From Lama guanicoe (lineage: Eukaryota): DNA of 64,000 nucleotides. The notes below the pieces were generated by a model, which worked only from the letters and a program-made list of their open reading frames with translations, was not told the origin of the DNA and did no database searches. The stretch lies in assembly GCA_013239625.1 (NCBI GenBank), contig MU053472.1:2825822-2889821 (forward strand). Direction: 5' to 3'. The position numbers and the translations under genes were made by a program. Positions 41,500-51,715 of this stretch are shown piece by piece (the first letter of the stretch is position 1; every line of letters starts with the position of its first letter).

Positions 41500-42483
41500 A
41501 GGTTGGAAAAGGCCAAGGGGCAATAGCCAGTGAAACATGATTAATGGGTGGAGGATGGTTCTAGAGGTAATGGGATCAGGAGCATTTGTGAAAGGGGTTT
41601 AATCTGGCAGAGGAATTGGAAGGCACCAAGAGGAGGGTTTCATAGGACCTGTTTGTTTTGCTTGGGATTATCAATGAGACTAAGAGTAGTTATTTTACCT
41701 TAGTCTCAAACACTGGGTTTACTGATACATATTTATAAGAGATACACGGAGAAGGGGACAGGCTGAAACACCTTTTAGAGGAGTTAGATGATAATCAGAT
41801 CAAGCTGATAGGAGATTAGAACATCCTAAGGATAAAAGAGTGTCTTAGAATGCTCTGAACTTCTGGAAATATGTTGCTCACCACATTGTCCTGGTATTCT
41901 TGCCTCCGTTATCTGTAAAAGTTGGGCTTTAAAGACGGTAGCTTCAGAAAGAACTCCAACTAGAGAAAGGGGTGCATAAGCTAAAAATGCAGAGGGGTTT
42001 TTGGTAGGTGTTTCAGAAAGTATCTGAATAGTAAAGGATTCTAATGGACTCCAAGGAAGGGGCAGTAGCTACAGGTTTTATAAGATTACGTAGCAGTTTC
42101 AGGGAAATTAGTTTTGTTGAGGGGAGGGCAAGGTTTGAATTTGAGATTGCAAGTGTAAGGGATGTTGGGTTGTTTCACTTGTTTATTAACTGTACTTTGA
42201 CCTAGATCTAGCCTTAAAAAGCAAGATACATAGCACAGCAGTAATGTGTTAATTCTACTTTTATAATTTGGACACAAACTTATATAGACATTTTCTTTTT
42301 CTTCAGATAGAGTGTAATTTATCATTTTTTAACAATTACTGAAGGTCTGTTGGCCCAGTTTCTCTCCTAATCCTCCTAATCCGTGTAGATCTGGAGACAG
42401 CCGTGACTTATATGAAAATCTATTTGCAAAGGCATTGGAGATTTTGTTTCTGAATTAGAGACTTGAGTCATAGGCACTTAGAG

Positions 42484-43162
42484 CAGTGGTTCTCACCCTA
42501 CCAGACCCAACACATTCTTTCTTTCAGAAACATTAATATAATGTCCTAATTTTAACTTAAATGACTATAAAAAGGGAATTTATGATAAAATATGTATTTC
42601 TACAACTGCTGTCTATACCATGCAGATTATGCACTGCACAATTCCAAGGGCACTACTTATAAGCACTAGAAACATGGTGTCCTCATGTATCTCAAATGTA
42701 TAAATGCTTAGATACTGTTCTGCTAGAAGAAGCTGATGGTGGTTGTGCCTATACACGTAAGTATGAATCCAACAGACTCAAATGTAGGCTGATATAGGTG
42801 TTTTATTGTTGATGATTCAAATATGAGCAGCTCTGCTGGGGTGACAGGAATTTCTAAAATGAAAAAGGATAATCTTCCTTTGTTTCCTATGATAGTTACA
42901 CTACTGGTAAATTCAGTGTGCGTTAAAACCACGAAAAAAAAAACTTTGTGTTCATACACAAAATGAAGTCGGGTTCTAGTTTTAGGTATAATAGTTTTTC
43001 GCCTACAGTCATGTCCAGTGAGACAGATTTTCACTTGTACGGCTTTTAACATTCCACGCCAAGGTCTAGTAAATGTCAGCGGTGCACCTCACTCCGGGCC
43101 CATTGCTGTGACAACCAGGAACTTCTCTAAGGGATTGGTACCATCCCTGTTGAGAACTGCTG
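42484..43162. mobile_element. hAT-Charlie non-autonomous element with both termini; MER91-like insert near 42605-42670
   Basis: Terminal inverted repeats cagtggttctca ... tgagaactgctg; internal tgcactgcacaattccaagggc. Confidence 0.65.
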
Positions 43163-43562
43163 CATTATGAAGACACAATAAGCACTATATTCCCGAAGAG
43201 GGTGAGTTAGTTACTCTTGGTTTCTTTATATCTATATCCTTTCGGCATCTTGGTAAAACAGAACATTTCCTTTCTCCGTAAGACTTAGGGAAGACTGAGG
43301 AACAGAGCTTTGTTGTGTCCAAGAAAGAGAGATGTCCTCCTCACAGAGATTCAAAATGACCTAAACTGCTTTATCTGTATTCTTGAATCTTTTCTGATAC
43401 ATAGGGGAGAAAAAAAATCAATACATGCCTCAGACCCAAAACATATTTTGCCTTTTTTTCTGGATGAACTAAAATATTGCTGCTTATATATTGTGTGTTT
43501 TATCTGATAAGCCTCTAACTTTCCACTGCTAGATAGTGGTAACTTTTTTCTTTTCCTTTAAG

Positions 43563-44102
43563 ATGATCTCCAAATCCTTGGTTATGGAGTATTTGGCTCA
43601 TCCTGGTGCACTCAGTTTGGCTGCTGGAGTTGCTTGTGGCATGTGCCTGGGCTGGGGCCTCCGAGCACGCTTTGGGATGACCCCCAGGAGCTCAGTGGGT
43701 GAGACAGACACCGACACTGGAACTGAAGCAAGCATCTTAGGAGAGAGTGGGGAGTACAAAATGATCCTTGTGGTTCGAAGTGACTTAAAGATGGGAAAAG
43801 GGAAGGTGGCTGCCCAGTGCTCTCATGCTGCTGTTTCTGCCTACAAGCAAATTCAAAGGAGAAACCCCGAATTACTCCAACAGTGGGAATACTGTGGCCA
43901 GCCCAAAGTGGTGGTCAAAGCCCCTGATGAAGAAACTCTGGTTGAATTATTGACCCATGCGAAAATGCTGGGACTGACTGTAAGTTTAATCCAAGATGCT
44001 GGACGTACTCAGATTGCACCAGGCTCTCGAACTGTTTTAGGAATTGGACCAGGACCGGTGGACCTAATTGACAAGGTCACTGGTCACTTAAAACTTTACT
44101 AG
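43563..44102 (+). CDS. PTRH2: Peptidyl-tRNA hydrolase 2, mitochondrial (Bit1), 179 aa, single coding exon
   Basis: [15 protein letters not shown]... N-terminal hydrophobic anchor, PTH2 motifs [58 protein letters not shown] directly follows polypyrimidine tract + AG at 43561-43562. Confidence 0.98.
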   Translation: MISKSLVMEYLAHPGALSLAAGVACGMCLGWGLRARFGMTPRSSVGETDTDTGTEASILGESGEYKMILVVRSDLKMGKGKVAAQCSHAAVSAYKQIQRRNPELLQQWEYCGQPKVVVKAPDEETLVELLTHAKMLGLTVSLIQDAGRTQIAPGSRTVLGIGPGPVDLIDKVTGHLKLY

Positions 44103-44167
44103 GTGGAATTTTGTATGATGATGGTCGTCCCACCACCACGAGTGTTTGAAACTGTCACAGTCTTAAC

Positions 44168-44173
44168 AATAAA
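44168..44173 (+). terminator. PTRH2: PTRH2 proximal polyadenylation signal AATAAA (others at 44298 and 44851)
   Basis: AATAAA 66 nt after the stop codon. Confidence 0.6.
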
Positions 44174-45766
44174 AGCTGAATTTCTTCCCTCAACTTAAGT
44201 ATTCTTGAGATGAAAATCCATTCCTGTGTTCTTCTATCATGTACTTGGCAAAATTACACAGACATCTTGGGCTAAAAAAAAGAAAAAAAATTTGGTTAAT
44301 AAATAGTCCTGATGGTTCAAGTGATGGGTACTGAAACAGGTCACGATAAAACTGGATCACGAGGTGGGAAACAGCATTTCCTTTGTGTGGTTAGGTCCCT
44401 TTGTGTGTTAATAGCTCTTCTTCCCCAAGATCGTGATGCTGTCCCCTTGGAGAATCAGGGGTTCGAGGGCATTCCCATTGGAAGCAAACTGCAGTTTGTT
44501 TCTCCTCCTCTCAGTTTTTGGAAGACTGCATACTTTACTAAATAGATCATGTTATAGACACCCACAATGGCTTGAGAATCTAACTTTGTGGACTTTTTGT
44601 TTTAAAGTTGAGGTTTTTCTAGCATTGAAACCTGTGCAGTGTTTCATGTTCATTTCCCTCACCTTCATTGGTCCGTTTCTCAGCCCTTTGTTCTACATGT
44701 TTAGTTCCCCCCTTTCCTAACAATGCAGGCATTGACACTTGTGAAGTGACTTGTATGGTTGTTGGAGGTGGTAATGGGCCCATTAAGAATTTATGGTAAT
44801 TAATTTGACACAGCATTGTAAAATGACTAACTCAATTAAAAATGTTTAAAAAATAAATAAGGAATTAAACAAATTTATGGTAATTGTGAAGTAAATTTAG
44901 CTTATCACCCCAACATCCCACTATTTCTTTACCTAGAACTTAAGGAACTGGATGGTTCAATTTAAGGGCACCTTATTTTTTTGTTTGTTTATATATTTAG
45001 CATGACAGAATTCCAATAATTTCTGTTACAACAGCTGCCCAGAATAGGAAGGTCCCAGCTCCCAGGAGCCACATAGCTTCCTGATCTCTGCAAAAAGCCA
45101 TTTTTCCTGAAAGCCTTCTTTTAGGGGATCCTGACACTATTTCTGAATTCAGTGTATCACGAAGAACAGTGATTGTCAGGGAGAATTCTGGTAACAACGC
45201 ATGTTAAGTGACTGCAACTCTCCATGGTTAACTTAAACAATGAGCATTTGTTAGCAGTTAACATCAACATAAGCAGCAACATATTACAACTTCAAGGTCT
45301 AAGGTCAGTGGAGTCTGGGCAGAACAATGAAGACTACTGCAGCCAGCCTTAAAGGTTCTAGTATTTGTTCAGTATTATGGTTTCCACTGGCATCTGACAG
45401 CACAGAAGAAATTGCAACTGTGAGTGATGCCACAGTAGCAACTGTTTCTAAATAGAATGTTTATACTGGATTGAAAAGTGATGCAACAGCAAGTAACAGC
45501 TGAAGACAATGCAATCCTAAATGTATGATTCTGGCGCAGGTAATTTCTGAGGCTTGCCTCACAGACTGATGGTTACAGGTCCAAAGACAATGCATTCCCA
45601 ACAGGATGCTCCGCCGTGTGCAGCTGATAGAAGTAACTGTAATGAATCTTGGCATATCGACTAGGATGATTGATTTGTATACAAATTCTGGTAATCATGG
45701 AAACAGGCTTGTTTTCTAGCTCACTTGTTCTTTAGTATTTATTTTATAGGGCTCATAATCTTATTT

Positions 45767-46641
45767 TACGGTCTCAAAGACACTTTCAGGGGATCAAAAC
45801 TCATAATCCTAAGACATTATTTTTCTTTTTCAATGTTTCGACATTTACGGTGATAAAAAAAAGCAATGGTGGGTAAAACTGCTGGCACCTTTCACAAATC
45901 AAGGCAGGGGCACCTACCTGTACAAGTAGTCATTGTAGTTTTCCACTGCCCTACACTTAACAGTTAAAAAAAAAGGTTTCATTTGTGTACTTGATGAAGC
46001 AGTACAAAAAATTATTCAATCTGACCCTAAACTGTTTGTCTTAATATTCAAACTTCTGGTGCACGTCGACTTACGACTGTTATCTTGAGGAAGAAGACTT
46101 GTGAGACTGAGTCCTGAGCAAACTAGCTGCTTTTATCATGGAACATTTTTACTTACAGGAACAACTGACAAAACCTAGTTATCCAGACCTGGGTGTTTGG
46201 CAGCTGTAACTACAAAAAGTTCACTTTCATAGCTTCAGAGTCCACATTTCAACTAACCACAAGTATCTGAAAGGCTATTAAAATACTCCTTCCTTTTCCT
46301 AATTACGTATCTGCATAAGGCCAGATCTTTTTCATATACCTCAAAATGTTAACATTGAATGCAGCAGCAGATATGAGAGTCCAGCAGTCTTCTGTTAAGA
46401 CAAACTTTAAAGAGACTTGTAAACAGTAAAATGCCACTCTTCTCCCTGGATTTTTTGGGAAATACGGTTAATTCATAATTGCTTATGTTAACATGCAATG
46501 AATTTATTACTGTCATATTTAAATGGGCTGATACTTTAAAAAAATTGTTTTAACTACTAACATAGTAAATGTGAACAGATAGAACCCCACATAAACTAGA
46601 GCTCTTTGGGATGTTAAATAACTTGAGTGTAAAAGGATCCT
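45767..46641 (+). mobile_element. Charlie1-like hAT DNA transposon relic
   Basis: aaaagcaatggtgggtaaaactgctggcacctt, tgaatgcagcagcagatatgagagtccagcagtcttct, ends aaagtttgagaactact. Confidence 0.8.
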
Positions 46642-48249
46642 AAGAAAGTTTGAGAACTACTAGAATGAGAATGTCTAAATGACAAAATCAAATTTATAGA
46701 AAATTCAAGCAGCCCTACTTGGAGGTCAGCAGTCTCTTGCTATCATACTAACGTCTATGTTGAAATGGTTGTCAACACTATCATTTTTTTTCTTTTGTAT
46801 AATGGCTGTATTTGGATGCTAGGGAGGAAGATCACTGAAAGCTCATTTACCTCCTGAAGTTTCCCATTAATCTCCCCCCTTCTTGCCTCCTGTTTGTTAC
46901 CTTTAGAGAGTGCTAAGAACTCTTAGTACTCTTGGTTTTCTGTTTCAATTCCTTCTTCCAGACTATCAACTATCATCCTGTTCACAGTGAAGTTAGGGAA
47001 GATCCCTTAAGTTACAGTTTATTACCAATTCATTCTGTCTCTTATTGTACAATACTTAACTACTGCCCAAGTCTTGAGCTAGGTATTTTGTGGTTTAAAC
47101 ATACTCCAACAAATAATTCTGAAAAGTACGTTCAGTGTGAACATACATGTCAGAGAACAAGCTTAGAAGTTCAGCTTGCTCTCAGTTTGGACCTAAGTCA
47201 TACACTACAGCAGTTTCTCTTTCTACTGCAGCCCATTATGGACGGTTTAAGTGGCAACTCAGTATCAGAGACACAAACCAGATTTAAACAAGGCTTTAAA
47301 AAAAAAATCTTAAGTATGCTGTAAGGAAACCTTTACTATTTTAACTTGTTTCTATTAGGGAAGGGGAAAGAGACAGTCATTCCATTGATAAAAACCAGCT
47401 GATTCAGTTTGTCCAGGAGAACAAATCTTGACTCTGAAAAGAATGAGCTCCCAGGGACCATCACTGTTCTTCCTCTTGTTTTGATAATGAAGAGAGCAGG
47501 CAGAGATCCAGGAGAAACACAAGTACAGCCAGGACCTGAACAGCAAGATGACTTGCTTCTGACAAACCAAAAAAGGAAAAGGGATTTTCCAACTAATACT
47601 GTAATTTCCTATGGGAAAATTGGAGCAGGGGAAAGGCAAGAGTTCTAAGTTTAAAAAAACTTCTGAGGAGTTTATGGCCATTGGCCTGACTTGGAGAGTT
47701 GCAGAGCAATACAAGGCTAGGTAGGGGGCGCTCTAACTCTATTGAGGATTAACAGTCAAATGAAGGTCAAGTATCATTCTCTGCCCTAAGCTAAAAACTT
47801 GAATTCAAATGCTGGTTTAAAAAAACAAACAAACAAAAAAACCTTTAAATACCCATAATTTGGGGACTCTTAAAATTCATGGTGAAGAACAGCATGTAAA
47901 CTATGTGCTTATGTACTCTTATTTCAAGTTAATATAATTTAACACCCATGACTTCTTCATTAAAATGAAATGCTTATAAACACCTCAAATACCACTTGGT
48001 TAAAGTGATGGAGGTAGCTGCAATGTAGCCCACTGCAGCACTGACTGGTTCTTCACACGACTGCATGTACCTTATTAACTACTGGAATGCACACAATGTA
48101 ATGCCAAGTTTGCACATGTCCCAAGACCCTTACTCCACTTCTGCTCTCCTGCCTCCCTATACTGCCTCAGTCTCCAATATGAAACCACCAAAACGATGTT
48201 TCTTTTGATTTAAGTTTGAGAGATTAATTAAAACTGCCATTCTACATAT

Positions 48250-49165
48250 TATTTCCACAGTCCAGTAATTTATTTTAAATTGGAGTAATTTCAAATTCCA
48301 CAAACAAAACGGAAGAACAGCAATATTTTGTTTGAATTCTGTCTTCTGTACACTCAGTGATCTAAAACACCACAATATCCAACATACACAAACCTCAGGG
48401 AAGGGTTAGTAAATACACACAGATTGGAATCATGGTGCTCTTTGTTCCTGAATGGAATGGTCCCACAGAAAAAGCACAGGATACAGCACAACATAAGGGC
48501 ACCTGTTACATATGAAGTGAGCAAAAACACACTAGCATTTTCTATATGCGTAATGAGGAAACCTGCATAGGTTAGAGGGCCTTTTTTTATGCTCATTTAA
48601 AAGTCAGGCAAGTTGTCTGTAATGCATTTTTCAAATAATTTGGAGAGCACTGCAATCCAATGTAGGATATGCTGATTAGTGTTGTCTTTGTTGGCATTGA
48701 CAGTCCTGCATGGTCACATACCAATGTTTTCACTTTAGCTTTTCTTTGAATAAAAGAGATTTAAATGCATTTAGACAATACATACTGTAAGCTGTTTACA
48801 TACACTAAATTTAAGAGATTCAATATTAGAGTTTTTTTTCCTTTAAACACTACAGAGTGCAAATCAGTTTCTTCACAACAGATTGAATATTAAGCAGTTC
48901 TTCAAAGAATGAGGGGAAAGAAAAAAAGCCCAAGTGAATAAACATTGAAACTATTCCCCTTTGAAAATAAATTCTAAAATGATGCGGAATGTGAAATAAG
49001 CTTTTAACATAGGTGATTGAAGTTTATAGTTAGAAACAGAAAGTAGTCCTTCATGAAATAAAGGTTACAAGAACATGTGCCTGTTTTCCCCTGTTATAAA
49101 CTGAGAAGCAGGTAGAGACGATGTTTCAGTACGAAAATAGGCGACTACAGGATCAGCTTTCCGTC
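48250..49165 (-). other. CLTC: CLTC proximal 3' UTR with AATAAA at 48274-48269 (more distal AATAAA at 47023-47018 and 45743-45738)
   Basis: Repeat-free AU-rich sequence after the stop; tttatt hexamers on the + strand. Confidence 0.65.
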
Positions 49166-49384
<219 letters not shown>

Positions 49385-50754
49385 CTAGCAACGTGGAATC
49401 ACAACTTAGAATGAATTTGGTGGGGGCACTTTAGACTGTCTCAATTTCAGCATGACACGCACCCTAAGAAGGGTCCTGCCTAGAAAGCCAACAAAAACAG
49501 TGCAGGGCCAGGGCCAGGACTCTAACAGTAATTGTTACTTCACGCATCATTTAAAGCAATACGCACATGCATGCTCGACATGCAAGACACTTAGCAGTAA
49601 GCCTACTGGCACATGGTGTTTGCACACTGTATCTGGTGACAATGTAATTAGCACAGGGAAACAATTTTTTAACAGATTTTTTTTAAACACAACTGAACTT
49701 TTAAAATCAGATTTAAATTTGATTTCAACATGTCTAAGTGGTAATAAAACCTAATGCATTTCTAGCAAAGTATCCAGTATTTTTTTAAAAGCAATAAAAA
49801 AATAAGACCTATTCAAATATGCATCAGGTATGGAATACATTAGCGCATACAATCTCTCTCAAATACTAAGTTAACACTTTTAGGAAGTTTAAATACCCTT
49901 AAGATAAGCCAAATTCAGTAGGTGCCCCCAAATTATTACACCCACCTTGTTTTTGTTTCTACTTTGTTTCCTAACTCAGTTATGTCAAACATCTTGCTCC
50001 CACCTCTAATAATCTATTTTATTTTCTCCAACTATATCAAAACTACCCTGAACACTCTAAATTCCCAGTCTTTTTTATCTATAGGAAAGGGAGATAATGC
50101 CATAGTAGATTTATATACTATCATTTCCTTTAGTGGGCTGAGATATAATAGTCATAATTTTATACCCTCCTCCCAAAACCACCTGGTTAAAGTGCTTAAC
50201 TTATACCCTTCAAATTCACTGTTCAAATGAATCTGTTCACCAAGAGTGAAATAGAAAGGGGAAGCAGTCTAGACAGACACACAAAAGAAGAAATTAAATT
50301 GCCTTCAATATTCACTCAAGAGTCTGAAGATCCTATCTCTCTGGAATGTTCTCAAATGGAAACCCCACCCAGTTCTCTGTGTCCCAGTCAGAATTTTAAA
50401 GAAAGGATGTACTACTTCTGTGAAGTGTCCTTCAGATAGCCTTGGCATGTTCTCTCACATTTTGTACTTCTGAAAATTGAGTTCATCAATACTTCTTTCT
50501 CAGTAATTTAGGTTATGATTTCAAGTGACTATTTTTTGAGATTATCTTTACATTTAAGATTATTTTAGTGAATAATGTCAATGTCTGCATTAAGACTGTT
50601 TTCAGAAAACAAAGGTAGTAGAGAGAATTATTTCTTAACTCAGTGAGGTTTTTGCTCTTTAGAGCTTATAATATTTCTATCTTGAGGTCGAATCCCTACA
50701 GAATGAACTGTTTTGTCTACTACATTTCTGTGAGGTTAAAGAGAGAGAGATTAC

Positions 50755-50830
50755 CATAAACAATAGGTTGTGTCTCTGTAGCTTGCTCTTCTTCTTTTCT
50801 CAATGATTCTGAAGCATCTAATTTATCCAC
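50755..50830 (-). CDS. CLTC: CLTC penultimate exon (76 nt)
   Basis: [25 protein letters not shown](G); acceptor ttttctacag, donor gtaatc. Confidence 0.97.
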
Positions 50831-51549
50831 CTGTAGAAAAACAGGTAACGGTAATTAGCACCTCAAAAGTATTATAAACCTAGGTTTATGGCAGAAAGTG
50901 GAAAAGCCTTAGTGTGTTAAATTTTGTCAAAATAAAACAGACTAGAAAGAACACTCTCGATCCCCCTCAAATTCAGTGGCAATGTTCATACTTCAGTCAA
51001 GGTGATTTTTAGCACTGTCATTATAAACCCTCAGGAAGGAGGGATTTATAAATGCCATAAAAGCTCACGCCAGGCTAAAACTGGGCATGCTAGGATGCAG
51101 CCAGCCTGAGGGAGGGAGATTAACAAGAAGGAACCACTTTCTCAAACGAAGTTTAAACCCTATCAAAGATAATAATAATGAACTCATGACCTGGCAAGAT
51201 TTCCCTCCCCAAAGGAAATGGTCTTCAAAAAAGTGAAATGAGTCTACTGACTGGACAAGGACTTGTGCAGAATAAGCTATCTTTTGCCAACTGTGCACAA
51301 TTTCTGTCATTATTGACAACAGGTGCAGACTGAAGTCTAAGACTCAAGTGGCTCCATATTTGTTCTTTTTATTTAAAGACAGGCTGCATGTGTGAACGCT
51401 CTATTTTCTAAGTAACTAGGAAAGCCTGATTTTGCCCAAACTTCTTGGAGGAAGAAATTTTTTTTTCTTTTTCAAGCCAAAGAAGCAAACAGCTATCATA
51501 TGCTAGCTACTCTAAATAAAAGTGAATAGTAGCAGATACTGTAGAGGAG

Positions 51550-51715
51550 TCCAAATACATCAGTGAAAGAAAGGAGCTGGAATACATAGATCCTTCCACT
51601 AACTAGTTGTGTGATCTTGGTAAACCATTGCACTGACCCTCAGATTTCCTTGTCTATACAGTGTGTCAGCTGAACAAGATACTCTATAAAGTTCCTTCTA
51701 GGACTAACATGACTT
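51550..51715 (+). mobile_element. MIR SINE fragment
   Basis: ccactaactagttgtgtgatcttggtaaaccatt...cctcagatttccttgtctata. Confidence 0.65.

Noticed and set aside
43536..43562. ORF-track N-terminal extension of PTRH2 (MVTFFFSFK)
   Set aside because: It starts at a GTG within the polypyrimidine tract and acceptor; the real start is the ATG at 43563
44898..44907. TAGCTTATCA, identical to the first 10 nt of miR-21 (a target-type site on the CLTC strand)
   Set aside because: No full miR-21 sequence or hairpin; MIR21 lies downstream of VMP1, outside the window; the site is beyond the last clear CLTC poly(A) signal, and a 10-mer match in 64 kb of AT-rich DNA is plausible by chance
46932..47714. 130-, 119- and 79-aa ORFs between PTRH2 and CLTC
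   Set aside because: Near-cognate starts, no homology I recognise; they lie in the distal CLTC 3' UTR region
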